Below are positions 1 through 7,667 of a stretch of 16,945 nt of DNA, piece after piece (position 1 is the first letter of the stretch; each line of letters begins with the position of its first letter). Position numbers and translations under genes: made by a program. Source of the stretch: Candidatus Altiarchaeota archaeon (GTDB lineage: Archaea; Altiarchaeota; Altiarchaeia; IMC4; QMZM01); contig JAFGDV010000011.1 in NCBI GenBank assembly GCA_016931955.1, positions 1 through 16,945 on the forward strand, given 5' to 3'. The notes below the pieces were generated by a model. The model ran no database searches, was not told where the DNA came from, and saw only the letters and a list, made by a program, of their open reading frames with translations.

Positions 1-11
1 AGTCGTATTGT

Positions 12-32
12 AGCGAATAGAATCTATTCGCT
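12..32. repeat. Perfect 9-bp inverted repeat with 3-nt loop, downstream of tRNA-Ser
   Basis: AGCGAATAG(12-20)-AAT-CTATTCGCT(24-32). Confidence 0.85.
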
Positions 33-135
33 TATTGGCTTCTGGTTGAATCAGGCCTCTTTCAGGTTTCTGTTTTGGTTTCTGGGCTTTATTCGCTTTG
101 AAAATAGGAGGCGATTTTATCCTGCTCTAAGTTAT

Positions 136-169
136 TTCGACTCCAATCGACTTGTCGAAGGGAGTCGGA
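136..169. repeat. Interrupted hairpin just 3' of tRNA-Ser (possible terminator or part of the hairpin array)
   Basis: TTCGACTCC(136-144) pairs with GGAGTCGGA(161-169, one G-T); inner TCGAC(147-151)-TT-GTCGA(154-158). Confidence 0.65.
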
Positions 170-180
170 CGGTTTTGAAA

Positions 181-267
181 CGCCGAGGTTGGGATTTGAA
201 CCCAAGCCTCCCAGGGGGAGACAAGCTTTCCAGGCTTGCGCGTTAGTCCAGGCTCTGCCACCTCGGC
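181..267 (-). tRNA. tRNA-Ser(GGA)
   Basis: Reverse complement folds as a cloverleaf: acceptor GCCGAGG/CCTCGGC, anticodon arm CAAGC-CT-GGA-AA-GCTTG (anticodon 231-229), long variable arm, T arm TTGGG-TTCAAAT-CCCAA, discriminator G, no encoded CCA, no intron. Confidence 0.97.
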
Positions 268-269
268 AT

Positions 270-527
270 GTCGGAATTAGCCGACGACTAAGGTGCTATC
301 TTCACACCTTCGGTGTTCGATAACACAGATGTTTATTGCCGATTTCTTATCTGTCGACACAAAGTGTCGACCTTTCTTTTCCGTGAGCGAGACCTTCGGT
401 CTCGACTCAGACAAGACAGCAACGCTGTCTTGTTGATGCACGTTTTTCTTGCTAAGAAAAGGGTGCCCACGGCTCTGCCACCTTGGCATGAAGAGGCTAG
501 CGACGACGGTCGCTTCTGCCTTGGCAT
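270..527. repeat. Hairpin array 1, upstream of tRNA-Ser
   Basis: Stems at 304-316, 353-371, 384-409, 411-433, 438-466 and 499-514; segment 353-466 is homologous (reverse complement) to 7787-7953. Confidence 0.85.
471..490 (-). repeat. Duplicate of the tRNA-Ser 5' end
   Basis: GGCTCTGCCACCTTGGCATG (471-490) vs GGCTCTGCCACCTCGGCATG (251-270), 19/20 identical; further degraded copy TCTGCCTTGGCAT at 515-527. Confidence 0.85.
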
Positions 528-601
528 ATGGGTTAATTATCTTGATTTGAGGTAGTTAAATTAGATGTATATTAATGTGAAAATCACATAAGTAATTCAA
601 T

Positions 602-1381
602 ATGGCTGAGAAACCTGAGACAGAGGCGGCTGAAGCCGACGGTGAGTGCGAGGTGGCTGTGAAAGAATGCGAGGACGCGATACTTGAATGCGAGGATGCG
701 TCGCTCTCGTGCAGGTATCTGCTCTCAGTATGCGTCATCATAATCATACTATTGGGTTCGCTGATAATCTACCTCAATCTGCCCTACGACGAAAACGGCG
801 AAAGGTTCGAGAATCTGACAGTGTATTACCTGAAGCCCCAAGGATGTGTTGACTGCGATCTTTCAGCGATGAATGAGGTTTCATCGGAGCTGAGATTAGA
901 TATAGCAGTCGTCGAATCAGACAGCGTCTTAAGGCCGAGCCTATTCGTCGTCTATGGGGATGAGTCCACGTTGGGTCTGGCCAACTCAAAGCTGAATATG
1001 CTATCTCTCCTGTGCTACTTCGCGGATGTTAAGGAATCGTGTGAGTTAAGGGATGAAGACATAAGGTCTGCAGTAGAGTGTTTAAGCAGTTACAACATCT
1101 CGGGAGATGCTGTGGTGTTTTACACCCAAGAAGGCTGTGAACGATGCTCTGACATGATACAGTGGATTAGGCAGTTGAGGGATGAGGGCTATAGTTTTTA
1201 TACAATAGACGTGGACGACGAAGATGAGAGAGAGATCGCTGAGCAATGTCTTAATGATGTTCTTGACTTACACGGTGTTGTGCCTCAGTTCGCCTGCGCC
1301 GCTAAGGGCAGGAACAGTATTGGAGCGTTCACCTCAATCGAACAGATGACGTCTTTCGCTGAAGACTGTAAAGGCAGTTAA
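602..1381 (+). CDS. Membrane-anchored Cys-rich protein with two thioredoxin-like CxxC domains
   Basis: 259 aa; hydrophobic helix at about aa 39-59; beta-strand-CxxC motifs [13 protein letters not shown] and [12 protein letters not shown]; cis-Pro-like GVVPQF motif. Confidence 0.7.
   Translation: MAEKPETEAAEADGECEVAVKECEDAILECEDASLSCRYLLSVCVIIIILLGSLIIYLNLPYDENGERFENLTVYYLKPQGCVDCDLSAMNEVSSELRLDIAVVESDSVLRPSLFVVYGDESTLGLANSKLNMLSLLCYFADVKESCELRDEDIRSAVECLSSYNISGDAVVFYTQEGCERCSDMIQWIRQLRDEGYSFYTIDVDDEDEREIAEQCLNDVLDLHGVVPQFACAAKGRNSIGAFTSIEQMTSFAEDCKGS
644..706 (+). repeat. Imperfect 21-bp intragenic tandem repeat (three ECExAxx units)
   Basis: GAGTGCGAGGTGGCTGTGAAA / GAATGCGAGGACGCGATACTT / GAATGCGAGGATGCGTCGCTC. 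Confidence 0.75.
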
Positions 1382-4158
1382 GCTTCGATATAGATTCCCG
1401 GCTTCATAGGTAGTGCGTTCTTTGCCTTGTTTTCCGGGTCATATTCAGGTGTCTTCTGTATCCTAATATCTGCCTTGAATTCCTCTCTGAGGAATTCCAC
1501 GGCATCGGATAACGTGGAGTGCTCTTCTTCCGGGGTCAAGACGATCTCTGGGATCTCGTCCTTCCTCGTTTTCTGCATGAGGGTTGCCGTAAGTTTACCG
1601 TTCTTCCTTATCTCTGGATCCCCCATCGCGTCTTTAATGGTTTTCCCCTCCTTGATTAATTTGAAAAGCCTCCACTTCCACTCAGGTGCGATGTAGACGT
1701 GGATTGTCTTGGGTTCCACTCTGGTTACATCCAGTATGCTCTGTATGTCTTTTAGGAGGGCCTTAATCATCTCCTCCTCCTGGATTATCTGAGGTCTGAT
1801 CCTCTCAGTATCCGGTTCAGGGTATCCTGCAAGCGAGACAAAATCTTTTTCTTTGCCCATCCTCGACCAAAGCTCCTCGCATACGAATGGCGTGAATGGT
1901 GCCATTAGCCTCACCCATTTGTTTACGACAGCCTTTAAGACAGTCGAGTTCGGCTTACAACGCCTAGTATACCATGTGAGGTCGTTCAGGATGTTATAGA
2001 ACGCTGACTGCAATGCTTTTCTCATCTGAAATCCTTCAAGGGCATTGATTGTCTCGCTTATAGACTCCTCAACCCTGCTGAGCAACCACCTGTCTATGTC
2101 CCTCACAGGGATATCGTTTTCCATGCTTAATGCATGATTAACGTGTTCGTAGAACTGCTTCAGTTTCTTCGCGGCATTTTTGACTAACGAATCCCTCCAA
2201 TCGAAGTCCTGCCAAGGCTCTGCGTTACCCATCAAGAACAGTCTGACTGTGTCGCTTCCATACTTCTCTATAGCTTCGCTTAATAGTATGATATTACCCT
2301 TAGAGGAAGACATCTTGTTCCCCTCAAGAAGCCCCATGCCGAAGACAACAATCCCCTTAGGCCAGCAATTTTTCGGGAATAATGCGGTGTGATGAAACAT
2401 GTGAAACGTTAGATGGTTTCCTACCAGGTCCTTGGCCGAAAGCCTCCACTCAGATGGATACCAGTACTGGAACTCGTCTCTGATAGCCTGCAGCCTTTTA
2501 TCGTCTATACCGGCCTTCTCAGCAATCTTCCCTATGTCTCCCTTCCCAAGAAAGACGAAATCGAAGAACTCCGGTTGAAGTCCTCCTGGCTCTATATCCT
2601 TCAAGTGCCGTGAGATCGTGTAGTATGCCATGTATATCGTTGAATCGCTCAGGGGCTCTACCAACCATTTATCATCCCATGGAAGCTTAGTCCCCAAACC
2701 CACCCGGCGAGTGCACGCCCAATCCCTAAGCCAGTCTATAAAGTATGAAAAATTCTGCCGAGTCTCCTCTGGGACGATCTTCATCCCCCCAAGACATTCA
2801 TGGGTTTTTTCCTTCCACCCAGGGTTGCTGTATTCAAGAAACCACTGGTCCTTGAGGATTTTTATGTAACAACGAGTACCGCACCTGCAGACTACTGGGT
2901 TCTGAGAGAACTCGTAGAATATCCCACCATCACCTTTTTCGATTAATTCTCTTATGATATCCTCCCTCGCTTCCCTCACAGGCATACCCCCATAGCCTTT
3001 TATCGACTTCTTCATAACGCCCTTGGCATGCTCTGTACGATAAAGGACCTCAGTGGCTTCCTCCAGTTTCTTATCCTTCTGGTCTCTTATGCCCATCCCT
3101 TCAACGATAACCTTGGCCGGTATGCTATCCACATCATCGGTCTCTATTATGGAGACTGGCTCAATTTCGCTTTTCAGGTCCCTTAAGGCCACATAGTCGT
3201 AGGGTGCATGAGCTGGAACGGACATAACAACACCTGTTGCGTAATCAGAATCGACGAATGGCGCAGGAAGTATTGGGACCTCCCTCCTGCCTATTGGATC
3301 AGTGCAGGACCTGCCGATAAATTCTTCTCCACTAATGCGATCAAGCACGTTGACGATCGTGCCAGCGTGTTTGAGTTTCTCCGCAGCCTCTTCTGAGAGA
3401 AGCCAGGTCTCTCCCCCAACATTCGCCTTAACGTATTCTATATCAGGGTTAAGCCACATATTCGTCACCCCAAATATTGTCTCGGGTCTGAGGGTTGCCG
3501 CCGGCAGTATGATGTCATCGCATCTGAATTTTATCACAGTGAACTCATTTATTGTGGCGTTTTCTCCCTCCAATAGGTCGTGGTCGCCAACAGGGTTATC
3601 GCACCCTGGACAGTACCTCACCGGGTGCTCTCCCTTCTTAACCAACTCTTTACTGTGGAGGGTCTTATACTGCCATTCGACGAATTTACTGTACTGGGGC
3701 GTTATCGTGAGGAACTGTCTGCTCCAATCTATTGAAAACCCCATCTGGGTCATGTTTTCCCTGTATTCATCAGAGAAATGCTTGACGATGTTTTTCGGCT
3801 CGATGAAGGTGTCCAGAACGTTCGCTGGGACCTTATAGAGTTCCCCATATATCCTCATCGCCTTAGGATCCTTTTTCTTTATCCTCTCAGCTATGCCAAG
3901 AACGGGGCTTCCGGTAACGTGCCACGCCATCGGGAACAGGACATTGTAGCCCTGCATCCTCTTGAACCTGGCTATGACGTCCGGGACGGTGTACGTCCTA
4001 CCATGACCTACGTGCATGCTTCCTGAGGGATAGGGGTAAGCAACAGTCAGATAAAATTTCTTTCTGGCGTCTGGGATGGCCTTAAAGACATCCCTCTTGG
4101 TCCATGCATTAACCCACCTGTCCTCCATCGCCTTAGGATCGTATTCCGTCGTCTTCAT
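1378..4158 (-). CDS. leuS: Leucine--tRNA ligase, archaeal type
   Basis: 926 aa; HIGH motif [17 protein letters not shown]-like KMSSS, editing-domain motifs ATLRPET and [14 protein letters not shown]-terminal [15 protein letters not shown]. Confidence 0.97.
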   Translation of the reverse strand: MKTTEYDPKAMEDRWVNAWTKRDVFKAIPDARKKFYLTVAYPYPSGSMHVGHGRTYTVPDVIARFKRMQGYNVLFPMAWHVTGSPVLGIAERIKKKDPKAMRIYGELYKVPANVLDTFIEPKNIVKHFSDEYRENMTQMGFSIDWSRQFLTITPQYSKFVEWQYKTLHSKELVKKGEHPVRYCPGCDNPVGDHDLLEGENATINEFTVIKFRCDDIILPAATLRPETIFGVTNMWLNPDIEYVKANVGGETWLLSEEAAEKLKHAGTIVNVLDRISGEEFIGRSCTDPIGRREVPILPAPFVDSDYATGVVMSVPAHAPYDYVALRDLKSEIEPVSIIETDDVDSIPAKVIVEGMGIRDQKDKKLEEATEVLYRTEHAKGVMKKSIKGYGGMPVREAREDIIRELIEKGDGGIFYEFSQNPVVCRCGTRCYIKILKDQWFLEYSNPGWKEKTHECLGGMKIVPEETRQNFSYFIDWLRDWACTRRVGLGTKLPWDDKWLVEPLSDSTIYMAYYTISRHLKDIEPGGLQPEFFDFVFLGKGDIGKIAEKAGIDDKRLQAIRDEFQYWYPSEWRLSAKDLVGNHLTFHMFHHTALFPKNCWPKGIVVFGMGLLEGNKMSSSKGNIILLSEAIEKYGSDTVRLFLMGNAEPWQDFDWRDSLVKNAAKKLKQFYEHVNHALSMENDIPVRDIDRWLLSRVEESISETINALEGFQMRKALQSAFYNILNDLTWYTRRCKPNSTVLKAVVNKWVRLMAPFTPFVCEELWSRMGKEKDFVSLAGYPEPDTERIRPQIIQEEEMIKALLKDIQSILDVTRVEPKTIHVYIAPEWKWRLFKLIKEGKTIKDAMGDPEIRKNGKLTATLMQKTRKDEIPEIVLTPEEEHSTLSDAVEFLREEFKADIRIQKTPEYDPENKAKNALPMKPGIYIEA

Positions 4159-5306
4159 AGTTTCTCCATGAATTTCTGCATTCTATCCAATGCCCCAGAG
4201 ATGTTTTCCCTAGACACAGAGTAAGCGCAGCGAACGTATCCCTCCCCTGATCTGCCAAAAGCATCCCCTGGGATTACTGCGACCTTCGCCTCCTTCAGAA
4301 GGCGTTCAGCAAACTCAGCAGAGGAAAGCCCGGTTTCCTTTATATTAGGGAACGCGTAGAATGCGCCCTTAGGCATTATACATGACACATCAGGTAATGA
4401 ATTCAGGCCCTTAACCAGCAGCTTCCTTCGGAGGTCATAGCTTTTGACCATGTCCCTAACGTAGTCGTCAAGCTCAAAAGCGTTCAAAACAGCATGCTGA
4501 GATATGGATGACGCACATATCTGCGTGTATTGGTGTATCTTCACCATGGCCTCGATGAATTCTACAGCAGCAGCTACATAACCCAAACGCCATCCGGTGA
4601 ACGCATAGGGCTTAGAATAACCATTCAGGGTTATCGTCCTATCCCCCATACCGTTCAACGAAGCTATCGAATAGTGTTTTTCGTTATCATAAATCAGATC
4701 CTCATAGATCTCATCTGATATCACCACAAGGTCGTGCTCTACAGCAATTCCCGCAATCTCCTCTAAGTCCTTTTTCCTGAGTATGTTGCCTGTGGGGTTG
4801 TTTGGGGAACCGATGAGGATCGCCTTCGTTTTCTTCGTCAGCCTCTCCACTATGTCCTCTGACCTCACCCTGAAGCTGTTTTCCTCAGTTGTTGGAACAG
4901 TCACAGGGTTCCCGTAAGCAAACCAGACGTTTGAGGTATAGGATACGTAGCTGGGCTCTGGGATGATGACGTCGTCTCCTGGGTCGACGATGGCCCTCAC
5001 AGCCAGATCCAAGCCTTCACTAACGCCATTCGTTATAAGGATCTCGTTTTCAGGACTCCTATTTATATCATTCCGGGTCCTCAGTTTTTTGGCTATCCTC
5101 TCCCTCAACTCCAGCAGACCATAGTTCGACGTATAGGATGTATAGTTGTCCTCTATGGCCCTAATGGCGGCGTCCTTCAGGGGCTCAGGTGTGGGAAAAT
5201 CCGGCTCACCCACGCCCAGACTGATGATGCCCTCACTCCGCATAACAAGATCGAAGAACTTCCGTATCCCAGAGAAAGGAACATCTCGAACCCTCTTCGC
5301 TATCAT
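4155..5306 (-). CDS. PLP-dependent aminotransferase class I/II
   Basis: 383 aa; [20 protein letters not shown] and PLP-lysine motif [15 protein letters not shown]; its stop overlaps the leuS start by 4 nt. Confidence 0.95.
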   Translation of the reverse strand: MIAKRVRDVPFSGIRKFFDLVMRSEGIISLGVGEPDFPTPEPLKDAAIRAIEDNYTSYTSNYGLLELRERIAKKLRTRNDINRSPENEILITNGVSEGLDLAVRAIVDPGDDVIIPEPSYVSYTSNVWFAYGNPVTVPTTEENSFRVRSEDIVERLTKKTKAILIGSPNNPTGNILRKKDLEEIAGIAVEHDLVVISDEIYEDLIYDNEKHYSIASLNGMGDRTITLNGYSKPYAFTGWRLGYVAAAVEFIEAMVKIHQYTQICASSISQHAVLNAFELDDYVRDMVKSYDLRRKLLVKGLNSLPDVSCIMPKGAFYAFPNIKETGLSSAEFAERLLKEAKVAVIPGDAFGRSGEGYVRCAYSVSRENISGALDRMQKFMEKL

Positions 5307-5314
5307 CTTAAGCC

Positions 5315-5809
5315 CTAGATACTGATCTTCAGCCTCTTCGTTTTATCGTCGAAGGAGATGACCCCATCCCTCTTGTACGCTTGCAGGACGATGTGAGTGT
5401 ACGTTCCAACAACCTCCTTCTTCGGCGCCAATTTCTCCGTAACAAACTCGCTTATCTCATCTATGTTAGCCGTCTCCACCAACAAGATCAGATCATATTC
5501 GCCGGTAGCTACATAAAGATCCTTAACCCTCGAATCCTTGGATATCTCCCTGCAGATGCGGGAGAAACCTGCCCTCTGCTGCGGAACAACCTTGACCTGT
5601 ATGACCGCCGCAGACCGATGTTTTCCCTTCCTCTTCCAGTCGATGCTTGTCTTAAACTTCCGGATAATACCCTCTTTGCTGAGCTTATCCATCCTGTCCT
5701 CGACCTCTTTCTCGCTCAAGTCCAGCATCTCAGCCATCTCCTTGACCGGGATCCTCGCATCATCCTCAAGTATCTTCAGTATCTCCTCATCAACATCCAA
5801 CTTGCTCAT
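5315..5809 (-). CDS. Lrp/AsnC family transcriptional regulator
   Basis: 164 aa; N-terminal wHTH (DEEILKILEDDARIPVKEMAEMLDLS...EGII) and RAM-domain motif VATGEYDLIL. Confidence 0.93.
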   Translation of the reverse strand: MSKLDVDEEILKILEDDARIPVKEMAEMLDLSEKEVEDRMDKLSKEGIIRKFKTSIDWKRKGKHRSAAVIQVKVVPQQRAGFSRICREISKDSRVKDLYVATGEYDLILLVETANIDEISEFVTEKLAPKKEVVGTYTHIVLQAYKRDGVISFDDKTKRLKISI

Positions 5810-5826
5810 TTAGATCACCACAAAGA

Positions 5827-6873
5827 TTAGATTAGTTTCCTTGCGCGCGCAAGCTCGGCGTTCAAGACGCTCGCACCCGCAGCACCCCTCACCGTATTAT
5901 GGCTCAAACAGACAAATTTAAGAAGCCTCTCCCTCTTCTTCCTTATCCTGCCGACTGAGACGCTCATCCCGCCACCCAAGCCCCTGTCAAGCACAGGCTG
6001 CGGCCTATCCTCCTCCTCCATGACGATGACTGGGTTCTCAGGAGCCGAGGGAAGACCAAGCCTCTGAGGTTCGCCCCTAAACGAGGAAAGCGCTTTCTTG
6101 ATGTCTTCCAATTCAAAATCCTCATCTGTTTGTACGAAGACAGCCTCAGTATGCCCGTCTCGGACCATCACTCTATGACACGAAGAGAAGACATAAAAAT
6201 CTGCGAACTCTATCCTATTCTGTCTCAGTTTGCCCAACAGCTTCAGGGCCTCAACCTCCACCTTCTCCTCCTCATTCTTTATGAAAGGGATGACGTTATC
6301 CAAGATAGCCATCGACGGGACCCCAGCATAGCCGGCACCAGACAATGCTTGCATAGTGGATACGTGAACCCATGAAACCCCGAAGGAGTCCAAGATCGGC
6401 TTTAAGGGGATAATGAAGCCAATTGTTGTGCAATTAGGGTTGGTTACGATGAAACCATTCCATCCCCTCTTTTCCCTTTGAGCCTCTACTAGCTTAAAAT
6501 GATCTGGGTTCACCTCAGGTATCATCAAAGGGATGTCTTCTTCCATCCTATAAGTTGAAGTGTTCGAGAAAACCGGCACATGCTCAGCGAAACCACCCTC
6601 AACCTCCTTCGCAATATCGGAGGGTATTGCAGAGAACACAATATCCAGTCCATCAGCGATCCTAGGATCCATCCCCTCAACAGTCATCTCAGCAATATCT
6701 GAAGGAATCCTGCTCTCAAGATACCACTTCGCCACATCGGAGTACCTGCTACCGGCACTCCTCTTCGAAGCAAGCAACGCCTCCACACTAAACCAAGGAT
6801 GGTCATTAAGCTGCTCTATAAACCTCTGCCCCACCATACCAGTAGCACCCAGTATACCTACCCTGAGTTTCAT
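5827..6873 (-). CDS. asd: Aspartate-semialdehyde dehydrogenase
   Basis: 348 aa; Rossmann motif GILGATGMVG, catalytic Cys in NPNCTT, QALSGAG, HNTVRGAA. Confidence 0.95.
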   Translation of the reverse strand: MKLRVGILGATGMVGQRFIEQLNDHPWFSVEALLASKRSAGSRYSDVAKWYLESRIPSDIAEMTVEGMDPRIADGLDIVFSAIPSDIAKEVEGGFAEHVPVFSNTSTYRMEEDIPLMIPEVNPDHFKLVEAQREKRGWNGFIVTNPNCTTIGFIIPLKPILDSFGVSWVHVSTMQALSGAGYAGVPSMAILDNVIPFIKNEEEKVEVEALKLLGKLRQNRIEFADFYVFSSCHRVMVRDGHTEAVFVQTDEDFELEDIKKALSSFRGEPQRLGLPSAPENPVIVMEEEDRPQPVLDRGLGGGMSVSVGRIRKKRERLLKFVCLSHNTVRGAAGASVLNAELARARKLI

Positions 6874-6912
6874 CTTACGACATAATAACTTACACAGGGA
6901 TAAATAAATAGC

Positions 6913-7530
6913 CTACAGAAGCCCACACATCCGCCGATTAATCGTTTCCCTGATCACCCTAAGCTTATCTACCTGAGACACTATCTCAACCCTACCCGCA
7001 AGAATAGACTCAATAGGGTCATTTCCAACCACCATCAAAACAGACCCCAACTCCCTCACAGAGTGTGCATCGCTTCCACCAACCTTCCGAAGCCCGGCTT
7101 CGTCAGCAATTCTCTCCGCGTTATTAGACGTCAGAAGCGTGTGTCCATTAGACACCTCCACAGCGTCGAAGTCCAGCTTACAGATGAGGTCGCCCACACC
7201 CCCCCGCAAGACATCATAAGGATGAGCTGCTATTGCAATACCCCCCAGCTCATGAGCCCTCTCAATGACCTCCCCCGCCGACAAATATTTTTCTAAAGAC
7301 TCAGAGACGTTCAAGACAAGGATATGACCCTCAAGCGAAGAAACCTCCATACCAGGAATAACCCGAAAATCCTCTGAATCAAACCTCAAAGCCCTAAGAC
7401 CGCCCTCCACAGTATTATGGTCCGTCACCGCCAAACCATCCAAGCCAATCCTCTTAGCCTGCTCAACCATCTCCTCCACAGAGTTCAACCCATCCGAGCA
7501 ACGCGTATGCACGTGTATGTCAATCCTCAT
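6913..7530 (-). CDS. PHP-domain metal-dependent phosphoesterase
   Basis: 205 aa; DIHVHT, TDHN, AHPY and GGSDAH metal-ligand motifs. Confidence 0.92.
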   Translation of the reverse strand: MRIDIHVHTRCSDGLNSVEEMVEQAKRIGLDGLAVTDHNTVEGGLRALRFDSEDFRVIPGMEVSSLEGHILVLNVSESLEKYLSAGEVIERAHELGGIAIAAHPYDVLRGGVGDLICKLDFDAVEVSNGHTLLTSNNAERIADEAGLRKVGGSDAHSVRELGSVLMVVGNDPIESILAGRVEIVSQVDKLRVIRETINRRMCGLL

Positions 7531-7554
7531 CCCAGATTTAACCCCATACTCCGC

Positions 7555-7566
7555 TATTTATAATTA
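7555..7566. promoter_or_regulatory. Candidate bidirectional TATA box for tRNA-Arg (+) and the PHP gene (-)
   Basis: TATTTATAATTA reads TTTATAAT on + (about 27 nt before 7591) and TATAAATA on - (about 25 nt before the ATG at 7530). Confidence 0.55.
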
Positions 7567-7590
7567 AGGAAAAACAACATTAAAGGACAA

Positions 7591-7664
7591 GGGCCTGTGG
7601 GGTAGCCAGGATATCCTAGGGGACTTCGGATCCCTTGACCCGGGTTCGAATCCCGGCAGGCCCG
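7591..7664 (+). tRNA. tRNA-Arg(TCG)
   Basis: Acceptor GGGCCTG/CAGGCCC, anticodon loop CT-TCG-GA closed by GGGA/TCCC, T arm CCGGG-TTCGAAT-CCCGG, discriminator G, no encoded CCA. Confidence 0.97.
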
Positions 7665-7667
7665 CTA

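Noticed and set aside
471-490. Split or permuted tRNA gene pieces (also 7760-7784)
   Set aside because: Both full-length tRNAs are intact next to the fragments. The fragments are only 16-17 nt of tRNA sequence, and I see no bulge-helix-bulge or complementary leader for trans-splicing.
270-527. CRISPR array interpretation of either hairpin cluster
   Set aside because: No identical repeats at regular spacing, no unique spacers of constant length and no cas genes.
46-555. Short ORFs 46-246, 277-489, 313-555 and 333-527
   Set aside because: They overlap tRNA-Ser or the palindrome array and show no recognisable motifs; they are likely chance ORFs in structured non-coding DNA.
1427-6907. Plus-strand ORFs antisense to leuS, the aminotransferase, Lrp and asd
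   Set aside because: Shadow ORFs of well-supported genes, with no motifs.
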